Positions 10,501 to 17,656 of a stretch of DNA of 35,184 nucleotides are shown one piece after another. This stretch comes from a virus (Duplodnaviria; Caudoviricetes), in IMG/VR virus record IMGVR_UViG_3300044623_001196, positions 1 to 35,184 of that record. One strand, given 5' to 3'. Numbering within the stretch: position 1 is the stretch's first letter; each line of letters opens with the position of its first letter. The position numbers and the translations under genes are program-made. The notes below the pieces were generated by a model that saw nothing but the letters and a program-made list of their open reading frames with translations, had not been told where the DNA came from and did not search any database.

Positions 10501-10690
10501 TGTCTTGCCAATCTGTATGAGTGACAAGGTCGATATACGATCTTGTAACTTGGATGGTACGCCAAGGGGCGGAAAAAGTGGTCCTTTTCATCTAGGTATA
10601 GCGACAGAAGTATTTACCAAATGGTCGATACCGCTTACTAAGGAGGACTGCAAGGTTATGGGCATACCTGAGAGGTTTGCCCAGCATTAG
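7514..10690 (+). CDS. Family A DNA polymerase with N-terminal uracil-DNA-glycosylase-like domain and 3'-5' exonuclease
   Basis: Probable GTG start at 7514 after AAGGAG. UDG family-4-like segment (IVGKEP...YITYVVK...RPEVILTLG). Exonuclease motifs VDLE, GHYLTSD and YGCYDA. Polymerase motifs TGRASS, ADYTGAE (A), RTAAKAVVFGYAYG (B), NFPIQS and IHD (C). Confidence 0.95.
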   Translation: MNNSEFRAACTKNNFLIFKENNEKHGPLSNWPFVFPSDPSLGIKKAAEFYQCAQLLADGADDKEIDLWYDFLHMRALYDTNFVLPISNGGIISEAVFVPGCGWMDSCRVGPFRKFKYMIVGKEPSNFDFSSKRANLGISANLLGDELESKGLSKSDFYITYVVKHQNLNLVGATLKSSWINNCNALLRAEIILTRPEVILTLGDEALKALAGRDARLSDSSGKVFTLDIPLPEGGVHSVKIVSCVSPAFVRRYPQNLERFKKSISHFSLVCNGVSIETTEKDILHFSIDSASDLLRVRDDIMKDANPVIAVDLEWQGEWPGHKSSYVRTVQISWKPKVACCIMVNKAGGGFIFKEDVASLAESLNAVFKPKDGRHVRVVGHYLTSDLPWLKSLGVDLFDSFNTTSDSGVPMDEVSSKTHGGFDTLLAAHAVDETGVFNLEDQAVTYCNVPRWEHPLSDWKKEFCRDNGMKSSELGGYGMCPDDILVPYGCYDADATRRLYDYYNGVGDKDGALDSDLHGNSSRKAYWLSMRAYPAFIEMRNTGISIDKERVYSLTALYMKVYNALLFKLRVAIKWPEFNPSSPYHKRELLFGEELSGKRDSKGVAERMRPEGAISLGLDPYKSTGSGAKGKLWEEIVASEKSHLYSASTDRESLTILAETSPIACMLKDVRSLYHLCTTVLRPPECDDEGNDKTDSDGDVVYDKGLLSYIHYDGKIRSMFSQTKETGRASSSNPNMQNLGKTIEDKYKAIFLSHGDELGVSYTYPLRSVVSPSPGCVLVEADYTGAELAIMAWQSGDMNMIDHVRRANLPEDHPEYYDIHSNVAVNTFKLTCPPTKKGLKDAGKGGLRTAAKAVVFGYAYGQGAASTARRAKQEGVIISIGEAQSLIDGLVTMYPGLPIYFNECRARVTAAGWIKNSFGRYRRFAKTDDRLAVSEYERQAMNFPIQSSVADAVSCALGNIKEYRANNNVEYNIILQIHDAVILEVPYRFVEDVVDNVLPICMSDKVDIRSCNLDGTPRGGKSGPFHLGIATEVFTKWSIPLTKEDCKVMGIPERFAQH

Positions 10691-10699
10691 GAGTTTGAT

Positions 10700-10930
10700 A
10701 TGTCAGAGATTCGTAGTAATTATGGCGCAGCAGTTCACGACATAACCCTGACTAATGGAGTCAAGGTTTCATTAGTTGAAACGGATGGCGCTATATATTT
10801 AGAAATGCATGATTTAGAGCCTATTACTTTTGCAAAAATATCTAGTAGAGGAATAGCCAATTACTCGACTGGACTTACTGAAGATCAGCTAGATAGACTT
10901 CTTTATAATAGTGCTATTAGCGCTAGCTAG
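10700..10930 (+). CDS. Small hypothetical protein
   Basis: AGGAG RBS upstream; follows the polymerase directly. Confidence 0.65.
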   Translation: MSEIRSNYGAAVHDITLTNGVKVSLVETDGAIYLEMHDLEPITFAKISSRGIANYSTGLTEDQLDRLLYNSAISAS

Positions 10931-10948
10931 ATGACAGGTTCAAGCTAT

Positions 10949-10985
10949 TATGATCCCTAAAGCAATTTAGGGATCATATTTTTAA
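10949..10985 (+). terminator. Rho-independent terminator
   Basis: Perfect 13-bp stem TATGATCCCTAAA / TTTAGGGATCATA with a GCAA tetraloop, followed by a T run. Confidence 0.85.
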
Positions 10986-11015
10986 TTAACCAGTAAAATT
11001 AAAAAGAGAAATAAA

Positions 11016-11219
11016 ATGGAAAAAAATAGTGTCGAGTCTTGGTTAACCATTATAAAAGTTGCTATTGACCCGGACTCTCCGTTTAATGGTTTAGTCGATT
11101 TACGAGAGATTTTCAATTTACCACTTTCAACACAGCATAAAATACACGATGCCATGACTGAAGACGAGCGGGCACAGCTTGCTTTAGTCTATGGCTCTGC
11201 AAAAGGAGAAGTAGCATGA
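11016..11219 (+). CDS. Small hypothetical protein
   Basis: ORF with ATGA overlap into the next gene. Confidence 0.6.
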   Translation: MEKNSVESWLTIIKVAIDPDSPFNGLVDLREIFNLPLSTQHKIHDAMTEDERAQLALVYGSAKGEVA

Positions 11220-11407
11220 AGTTTGTTTGCGAGATAGACATGACGAATGCGGCGTTTGAAGATTCAGAGGAATTGATAAGAATACTTAAGGAGCAGGTTA
11301 TTAAAAAGTTAGAAGGGAGTAATACTGGCAATCGTCTTAAGGATTCTAACGGAAATTTCGTAGGGCAGTGGGCTTTTCATTTCACTAAAGAGAATAGCCA
11401 TGACTAA
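11216..11407 (+). CDS. Small phage hypothetical protein
   Basis: AAGGAG RBS and coupled overlaps; the pattern NAAF...RIL...L.D.NGN.VG is reminiscent of small phage proteins. Confidence 0.7.
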   Translation: MKFVCEIDMTNAAFEDSEELIRILKEQVIKKLEGSNTGNRLKDSNGNFVGQWAFHFTKENSHD

Positions 11408-11657
11408 AGAAATAGCACCAAAGGTTATAAAAAGCAAAGAAGATAAAAAAATAGATAGAAAAATTATAAAGGATTTAAAATTATTTAATACGCTAAAGAA
11501 AATGCTAATGGCGGGCAATGCCCTTGTTAATGCTCGTAAAGTTAGAATAGGGGATACTACAAGTAGAGACATAGGCTTATATTTAATAGCCCATGTTGCT
11601 TCTGTATCTACCGTCCATATGATGAGTATGGCAATAAAAGAAACTAAGGATAAATAA
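11400..11657 (+). CDS. Small basic hypothetical protein
   Basis: Lys-rich ORF overlapping the upstream gene. Confidence 0.55.
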   Translation: MTKEIAPKVIKSKEDKKIDRKIIKDLKLFNTLKKMLMAGNALVNARKVRIGDTTSRDIGLYLIAHVASVSTVHMMSMAIKETKDK

Positions 11658-11665
11658 AAGGGGAT

Positions 11666-11757
11666 AACGTGAAAGGGTTACCGAGCCTTTCACGTTGGTT
11701 TGGGAGCCCTTGGTGAGATAAGGGCAGCCCGTAGATAGGTTCTACGGGCATCCCAGA
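11666..11757 (+). ncRNA. Putative structured RNA / cis-element: hairpin plus three-way junction
   Basis: AACGTGAAAGG/CCTTTCACGTT (11666-11696), then TTTGGGA/TCCCAGA enclosing GCCCTT/AAGGGC and GCCCGTAGA/TCTACGGGC. GC-rich relative to flanks. Strand and function unknown. Confidence 0.6.
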
Positions 11758-11777
11758 AATTTAAATAAAGGCAAAAC

Positions 11778-11975
11778 ATGGCTAAGAAGATTAAATATAA
11801 ATGCCCTAAGTGCGAAAGGATAGTTAATAAGTTTCACCATTTAGCATCTTACGCAGACAGACTCTGTTCCAAGTGTCTCGATGCGCATGTAAAAAAGGAG
11901 TTATTAGTGGAGAAATCTATATGGGGGGTAAATGAACATATTCGTTTTGTCAGAAGACGTCAAGGAAGCAGCTGA
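11778..11975 (+). CDS. Small zinc-finger protein
   Basis: CPKC and CSKC pairs. Confidence 0.6.
   Translation: MAKKIKYKCPKCERIVNKFHHLASYADRLCSKCLDAHVKKELLVEKSIWGVNEHIRFVRRRQGSS
11888..11923 (+). repeat. 36-bp imperfect direct repeat, copy 1
   Basis: TGTAAAAAAGGAGTTAttagTGGAgaAATCTAtATG; 30/36 identical to 12392-12427. Confidence 0.75.
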
Positions 11976-12396
11976 GTGGCATGTAGATAGGCATGTAGTA
12001 AAGATGCCACTGGAGACAGCGCAAATGCTGTGCACAGCGCTGTCCATAAATGGTCACATCGATGTGGAGTATAAGCCAGCTTTCTTTAAGCACCCTTGCA
12101 CTGTATGGGCAGCTGCAACTAGAGCTAATTTTGAATGGTTATGTAACCTAGGAATAGAGCTATGTTCTGAGTACACTTACCGGTACGAGAGGGAACACGC
12201 TTCAGAAAAGGTAATTCGTAATTGCTATCGAAAATATTACAAAGTACCGGCAGGAGCATTTACCAGCTTTGCTCAAGCTATGCCAATCGAATATAGGGAC
12301 GAGTGTGCGGTTAAAGCGTATAGGATGTACTACGTTAAAGATAAAGGTCATTTAGCATTTTGGAAAAAAAGGGATAAGCCTTGTTGGTTCTTGTAA
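11932..12396 (+). CDS. Pyrimidine-dimer DNA glycosylase / endonuclease V (DenV)-family protein
   Basis: Characteristic MNIF.L...D.HVVKM.LE.AQML, HPCT.W, N..WL, QAMP and AYR.YY motifs. Confidence 0.8.
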   Translation: MNIFVLSEDVKEAAEWHVDRHVVKMPLETAQMLCTALSINGHIDVEYKPAFFKHPCTVWAAATRANFEWLCNLGIELCSEYTYRYEREHASEKVIRNCYRKYYKVPAGAFTSFAQAMPIEYRDECAVKAYRMYYVKDKGHLAFWKKRDKPCWFL

Positions 12397-12427
12397 AAAA
12401 GGAGTTAGTTATGGAAGAATCTACATG
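12392..12427 (+). repeat. 36-bp imperfect direct repeat, copy 2
   Basis: TGTAAAAAAGGAGTTAgttaTGGAagAATCTAcATG; contains the RBS and start codon of the next gene. Confidence 0.75.
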
Positions 12428-12746
12428 TAAGTTTTGCAAAGCAAATACCTTGTTTAATAAAGTCACTGACAGAATGTACGACTCTGATGGGGTTACATTT
12501 CACGTAGACTCGTGCCCTACTGCCAAAGAGCATTATAAAAAGGAGGCGCTAGAAAGGGATGCTCGAAAAAGGAGCAGGAGACTATCAGAAGACTTGGATC
12601 CTCCTTCAAGATTACCTAAGCGCAAGAGGAGGTTTTCTAAGGAAGATAGTTACGAGCGCGGACTGTACGATGAAGAACATTTAGAAAATTTTGGGTTGAG
12701 GCCCAATGACAATAGTTACAACGCGGGTTGTAGTGATGATGTTTAG
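12411..12746 (+). CDS. Hypothetical protein, possible Cys/His metal site
   Basis: ATG at 12411 after AAGGAG; CKFC...H...C. Confidence 0.65.
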   Translation: MEESTCKFCKANTLFNKVTDRMYDSDGVTFHVDSCPTAKEHYKKEALERDARKRSRRLSEDLDPPSRLPKRKRRFSKEDSYERGLYDEEHLENFGLRPNDNSYNAGCSDDV

Positions 12747-12774
12747 ATCTATTATTTTTAATAAGGAATGATAT

Positions 12775-13140
12775 ATGAAAATAGCTAAAGTAGATTTAGC
12801 TCCAGGCGCAATGGAGATTCGTGCGGTTATTATGGACAGGACTAGCAGAGGATTAAAAACATCTGACTTTGACATAGTTAGAGAAACTAAGTATAAGTCA
12901 GCTACTGTAAGTGAATACAGAAGAAAGCTATGCAGGGCTGGTTTAATTAAAAGAGGCCCTTTCGTAATGGTAAGAGGCAAGAAAGAAAAAACGTGGGTTG
13001 AAAATGACACTATAGGTAATAGTTCTGTACCCATCTTGTCAAAAGACAAGCTAAAAATACTTACTTCTAAGGATACTGCTAAAATTGTTGGGGCTCTTAG
13101 AATTTATATTGATTCTTTAATCTCTATTTTAAAAGAATAA
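12775..13140 (+). CDS. Hypothetical protein, possible winged-helix DNA-binding
   Basis: DIVRETKYKSATVSEYRRKLCRAGLI fits a wHTH-type pattern. Confidence 0.6.
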   Translation: MKIAKVDLAPGAMEIRAVIMDRTSRGLKTSDFDIVRETKYKSATVSEYRRKLCRAGLIKRGPFVMVRGKKEKTWVENDTIGNSSVPILSKDKLKILTSKDTAKIVGALRIYIDSLISILKE

Positions 13141-13147
13141 GGTAATT

Positions 13148-13420
13148 ATGGACGAGTTCTACAAACAAGAAGAAATAGCAAAAGCCGCCTCCGGATCTAT
13201 AGAGGCGGCAAAATTGTTAGCACCTATATTTAAAGAATTAGGCTTACATAGTTATCAAGATTTTTTAAAAGTAATACATGATCCAAAGTATAAAGATATA
13301 AAAGAAATTATCGATAAGATAAAATTTAACGTACATGATAAAAATGTAAGCAGAAAAGAATTCTCTAAAGAAGTAATTAAGCAACGTAATTTAAAAGAAA
13401 AAAGAGGAGAGGAGGCATGA
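13148..13420 (+). CDS. Hypothetical protein
   Basis: AAGGT RBS; ATGA coupling to the next gene. Confidence 0.65.
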   Translation: MDEFYKQEEIAKAASGSIEAAKLLAPIFKELGLHSYQDFLKVIHDPKYKDIKEIIDKIKFNVHDKNVSRKEFSKEVIKQRNLKEKRGEEA

Positions 13421-13893
13421 TAGCATTTTGCGGGTATAGCCGATCGGGCAAAGACACCGCGGCATTCATGTTTTCTAGAATAACTAAACTTAAGTACGCA
13501 GGTAGCCTATCGTGGTTACATAAAGAGATAGTGGCTAGTAAACTGGATATCCCAGATCAAACTGCGTGGGAGAATAGGCACATTAACAGAATGGAGTGGA
13601 GAAGAATTTTAGATGAGTATAAACAAGGGGATGATTCAAAGTTAGTTAAACGATCCCTAGAATTTAGTAAAATAGTTGTAGGAATAAGAAAATTTTCTGA
13701 GCTACAAGCCTCTATGGCAGAAGGGCTTATAAAAATATCAGTATGGATAGATAGGCCGGGTATTGAAATCGACCCAACTATCACATATACTTCTTCTAGC
13801 TGCACTCATGTGATTAGTAACTCTGGAAGCTTAAGTTATCTTAACAACCAGCTGGTACTATTAGCAGAGTCAGTGAATGGTCTAATGGTCTAA
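13417..13893 (+). CDS. Deoxynucleoside-monophosphate-kinase-like P-loop protein
   Basis: N-terminal IAFCGYSRSGKDTAA, GIR..E, WIDRPG and I.N.GSL, as in phage dNMP kinases. Confidence 0.75.
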   Translation: MIAFCGYSRSGKDTAAFMFSRITKLKYAGSLSWLHKEIVASKLDIPDQTAWENRHINRMEWRRILDEYKQGDDSKLVKRSLEFSKIVVGIRKFSELQASMAEGLIKISVWIDRPGIEIDPTITYTSSSCTHVISNSGSLSYLNNQLVLLAESVNGLMV

Positions 13894-13915
13894 TGGTCTA
13901 ATGGTCTAATGGTTT
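13876..13915 (+). repeat. Tandem repeat (AATGGTCT)x4 plus one imperfect copy
   Basis: Directly visible 8-bp unit spanning the kinase stop codon. Confidence 0.95.
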
Positions 13916-14029
13916 TAAAAGTATTGGGGTTTCGGTGAATACAAATCTCGACGTCACTACAATAATACCATTAAAGACGGGTAGAACAGCAGCGTGCTGT
14001 TCCTTTACAATTATTGGAGGATAGTAGTT

Positions 14030-15379
14030 ATGGCAAATTTTGGCGTTAGCATGCCCACAGACGGCAAGTCTGATTACAACCGCGGTGACCGAATTCTTAA
14101 GACAAACGCAGGTCTTATTAAAAGGCCTTCTTGGTCTAAAAGCGATCCTACGGTTATTAGGATATTCCCTTGCTCACAGGGCAATCAACCACAACCGACT
14201 AGATACTCTGACACGGAGTTTAGTCCTTGGTTCTACGCTTGTACGATGGTAAGTAGTTTTGGAAATCCGCCATCTACTTGGATAGCGAATGATCCGGAAG
14301 ACAGATCGTACGACACCCGTACTAATCCAGCGGTTATGGTGTACGAGTTAGCTAACGCAGTGGCTAAGGGACCACCTAGCGGTATTAGAGGACCACAGGA
14401 GTGGGCGTTAACTTTGAGAGGTGGCGCGGGTAAATCTGCTTTGGTTAGCAAGCCTGACACGGCTTTATTAGTTAGGTGTGCTATTTATGAAAGCAAGGGT
14501 ACTCCTAACTCAGTCCCTGATGGCTTGGCACCAAACCATCAACCGGTTTTTATGATGCTTAAAAAATCGGCATGGCAGTCTATGAATAGAGAGCTTTCTA
14601 TTGTCAAGGAAAGTGGGACTCAGGGTTTAACTAACCCTAATGATAAATACGTAAGTGGCGATATAGTATCGCTTAACAATGGGGCATACGTTCTTTTCTT
14701 TGAGGTAGGAATGCCTCCTAGAGGATACGCTCCGGCTACTCCAGCGGCTGGTGGTTTCCCCACCGGAAAAAATAAGCCAATTGGCTACGATTGCATAATT
14801 AGCCCAACCTACAGAGGGGCTCCTGCTTCCTTTACGGATGCAGAGGCGGGCATAGTTATGAAAAAAATAGAATCGCCTATTAGGGATTGTTTAAACTTCC
14901 CTAGTGACGAAGAGCAAGTGCGGTATGTAGTAGACTCCTTAAAAGGAAGTCACGCAACTGCTGGTCTAGTAGTTCACGCTTTAAGAGACAGGTATGAAAG
15001 GTTTATTCCTGTTGAAGTGATGAATTACGGAAATGAATTTTTACGAAACAACGGCTTGATGGCTACGGCTGTATCTAATCCAGGTTTTGTATCGGCACCT
15101 CCCCCGATGCCCACTTGGAATAACGGCCCGCCGCAGGTATCTGATAGTGCAGCTTGGAACGCAAACCAAATTCCGCAGTATGCGTATCCTTCGCAGCCGC
15201 CTAGGCCAGTACCGGTTGCTCCTAATCCGGTTTCTAATTTGTCTGCAACACCAAATCTTCCTGACCCTAGGAGTTTAGTGGAAGGTGCAAAAAACACAGC
15301 AGATACTGGTATTGATTCTTCTGATTTTATGAGTAAGCTGGCAGAGTTGAGGGCTAAGAGTACCCCAGCTAAGGAATAG
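14030..15379 (+). CDS. Putative single-stranded DNA-binding protein (gp32-like) with Pro-rich tail
   Basis: ATG at 14030 after GGAGG. VIRIFP resembles the gp32-type IRFLP strand. Lies upstream of RecA and has a long disordered Pro/Asn/Gln C-terminus. The function is inferred. Confidence 0.45.
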   Translation: MANFGVSMPTDGKSDYNRGDRILKTNAGLIKRPSWSKSDPTVIRIFPCSQGNQPQPTRYSDTEFSPWFYACTMVSSFGNPPSTWIANDPEDRSYDTRTNPAVMVYELANAVAKGPPSGIRGPQEWALTLRGGAGKSALVSKPDTALLVRCAIYESKGTPNSVPDGLAPNHQPVFMMLKKSAWQSMNRELSIVKESGTQGLTNPNDKYVSGDIVSLNNGAYVLFFEVGMPPRGYAPATPAAGGFPTGKNKPIGYDCIISPTYRGAPASFTDAEAGIVMKKIESPIRDCLNFPSDEEQVRYVVDSLKGSHATAGLVVHALRDRYERFIPVEVMNYGNEFLRNNGLMATAVSNPGFVSAPPPMPTWNNGPPQVSDSAAWNANQIPQYAYPSQPPRPVPVAPNPVSNLSATPNLPDPRSLVEGAKNTADTGIDSSDFMSKLAELRAKSTPAKE

Positions 15380-15394
15380 TCAATTTACTTTACC

Positions 15395-15425
15395 TTGGGT
15401 GTCTTTATTTTATAAAGGCACCCAA
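15395..15425. other. Intergenic 14-bp stem-loop
   Basis: TTGGGTGTCTTTAT-ttt-ATAAAGGCACCCAA with one G-U pair; no U-tail on the + strand. Confidence 0.7.
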
Positions 15426-15448
15426 ACTTAAAACAGGGAGAATCAAGA

Positions 15449-16660
15449 ATGGCTAAGAAGAAATGGGATTCTGATATGAAAGTGTCACCTTGTGATTTTT
15501 TTAAATCTCAGAGCATAGCTGCACACAGTGAGCTCGGAAGGGACGATACTTTTATAGGAAAAGAATCTCAAAGAGTAATGATAGGTTTGCCATTAAAGGC
15601 TTTTAGTCTTAGATACCTATTTCAAAATACTTGTTTTCCTCTTAGTAGAATGACAGAGTTGTATGGGGCTCCTGAATCATGTAAGTCTGCCATGCTTTAT
15701 GAAATGTTTAGATGGCACGTATCAGCAGGCGGCGGTTATCTTTTAAATCTAGCAGAACCGAGAGACAGTCCCGATCTACGATCCAGCATTATAGGGCACG
15801 AAGCGGACACAATATTCCCTACAGTTACATGTAACAGCGTAGAAGATTGGCAGCAGAGTATAACTGAGTGGCTTAAGAAAAGCAGAACTACGTTCTCCGA
15901 GTCTGGGTCATGTCCATTCCCTGCAGCTATAGGAGTCGACTCTATTACCGGAGTAACCACAAGAAGCGACATAACAGACATTTGGGAAAAGGGTCACGCG
16001 TCCATAGGGTATGCAAAATCTGCTAATATTATAAACACATATTGCAAATTTGTATTCTCAGAGCTTAGGGTTTGGCCTTACAGTTTTATAGGCGTTAACC
16101 ATATGAAGGTTTCAAAAGATGCTAGGGGTTTTCTAGAAAGAAAAATACCTGGAGGCCAGGCTCTTGATTTTTATGCTACGTTTAAAATTAGGATGCATAA
16201 GAAAGGAGATATAGATAGGTTAGACGAATCAGGAAGACTTATAGAAATGACTATGGAAAAAAATAGTCTAGGTACTGCAGGTGAACGCAGATCTATAGAC
16301 GTTCCTATGAAATGGAACTTTGCAGAAAACGGTGTTCAGGCTACATGGTGGGATTGGAATGAAGCTAGCCTGTCACTTATAAACGAGCTGACAGGTGTTA
16401 GGAAAAATCGAATACTCGAAGTAACTGGTATAAGGAATTTAAGTAAATCTACCAGAACAGGGGATTCTCCTAAACTTGGTTTAGTAAAAGCCTCTTGGTC
16501 TGAATTAGGTGCTGCAATAGAAGAGAACGAGGAGATGGTAAAAGAACTTAACGTCATACACGGCATTAGGGAAAGAAAAGCTTTTGAAGCAGGCGTACCT
16601 TACTCAGTCCAGATGGCGGATGCTAAGGACTCTTCAGATTTAGACGTTGAACTTCTTTAG
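15449..16660 (+). CDS. RecA/UvsX-like recombinase (divergent)
   Basis: RMTELYGAPESCKS (Walker A variant), IGVDSI (Walker B), FIGVNH, PGGQALDFYA and KNSLG. Confidence 0.88.
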   Translation: MAKKKWDSDMKVSPCDFFKSQSIAAHSELGRDDTFIGKESQRVMIGLPLKAFSLRYLFQNTCFPLSRMTELYGAPESCKSAMLYEMFRWHVSAGGGYLLNLAEPRDSPDLRSSIIGHEADTIFPTVTCNSVEDWQQSITEWLKKSRTTFSESGSCPFPAAIGVDSITGVTTRSDITDIWEKGHASIGYAKSANIINTYCKFVFSELRVWPYSFIGVNHMKVSKDARGFLERKIPGGQALDFYATFKIRMHKKGDIDRLDESGRLIEMTMEKNSLGTAGERRSIDVPMKWNFAENGVQATWWDWNEASLSLINELTGVRKNRILEVTGIRNLSKSTRTGDSPKLGLVKASWSELGAAIEENEEMVKELNVIHGIRERKAFEAGVPYSVQMADAKDSSDLDVELL

Positions 16661-16690
16661 TTATTATTTAATTTTGGGCCTAAGTGTAAA

Positions 16691-17215
16691 ATGGATAGAG
16701 AAGATTTATTTAAAAATGTACCTTTAGGCATAAACTCGGATAAGCCCTCTATAGAGAGGGCTCTTCGAATGGTTATTAAAAAGTTTCCAGATGTAGGATC
16801 TTTTCCTCATATATCGTCTTTATGTAAAAGACAGACAGGTAGGGATAGGGTAACATTGTCTTGGTTTTCCGAAGAATTTACTAGTTTCCCATTAAACTTA
16901 ACGTATCAAAGTATACCTTGGGTTAGGGATATGTGGAGCGGTCTGTACGGAGGGTTTAAGAAAACCGACTTGTACATTGCATGGCAAAAAGAAAAAAATA
17001 GTTTTGAAAACAAATCAAACAATGGAATTGAATGGCGCCCGTTGTGCTTAGTGTTTGAATGGCCTAAGTGGGGAATATGCTGTATGCACAATAAGGATGT
17101 AGACAACTCTGAGTCAAAAGATTTTATTAGAATACACAGGACTTTAGACAACGGCGAAAAATTTATAATAGAACCATTTGGGCAACTACTTGACGGCATA
17201 TCCTGGTCTCCGTAG
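16691..17215 (+). CDS. Hypothetical protein
   Basis: Open frame in operon context. Confidence 0.7.
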   Translation: MDREDLFKNVPLGINSDKPSIERALRMVIKKFPDVGSFPHISSLCKRQTGRDRVTLSWFSEEFTSFPLNLTYQSIPWVRDMWSGLYGGFKKTDLYIAWQKEKNSFENKSNNGIEWRPLCLVFEWPKWGICCMHNKDVDNSESKDFIRIHRTLDNGEKFIIEPFGQLLDGISWSP

Positions 17216-17258
17216 TTTATACTTAGGGTTTTAATCAAGTCTTATAGGAGTCATGTAA

Positions 17259-17630
17259 ATGCTTAATGTAGATGTGTTTCTTTCTAATCAAAGTACTTTG
17301 CCGTTATCCGAAGGCGCCGAGGAGGGTAGCCCAGTAAGATGGATCGAGGCTTCCATTAAGTACACCGTATCGCCGCGGCACATCATTTCTGAAAATGACA
17401 CAGTCAATAAGTATATACCCCATGAAGGTAAAGATAGGGAATGGTTTGAATATTTAAAGAACCTTAATCCAACTATACAAACTTTGGGCGAGGCTGTTTC
17501 CTGCACACTGTACAAAATAGTAGATGCTGTAAGACCTAGTGAAGTAAGTATGGCAGTTACCCTTAGTAATGATCCCGACGGTAATGGTTTTTGCACTAAG
17601 ACCGTAAACCTTAATTGGGTTAAGGACTAG
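17259..17630 (+). CDS. Hypothetical protein, possible QueF-like T-fold
   Basis: AGGAG RBS. Length and pattern (STLP...IKY...YLKNL...IVDAVRP.EVSMAV) loosely echo QueF, but the catalytic Cys is absent. Coding status is likely; the fold is speculative. Confidence 0.55.
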   Translation: MLNVDVFLSNQSTLPLSEGAEEGSPVRWIEASIKYTVSPRHIISENDTVNKYIPHEGKDREWFEYLKNLNPTIQTLGEAVSCTLYKIVDAVRPSEVSMAVTLSNDPDGNGFCTKTVNLNWVKD

Positions 17631-17656
17631 GTCCTAAGGTTTTAAGGGGTTTAGAA

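Noticed and set aside
4819-10690. Inteins or introns in helicase, primase or polymerase
   Set aside because: The frames are continuous, with no C...HN splice motifs or LAGLIDADG blocks seen; the extra polymerase length is explained by the UDG-like domain and short insertions.
11666-11757. tRNA, hammerhead ribozyme or simple terminator
   Set aside because: No T-loop, anticodon arm or cloverleaf geometry, no CUGANGA core, and no U-tract after the stems.
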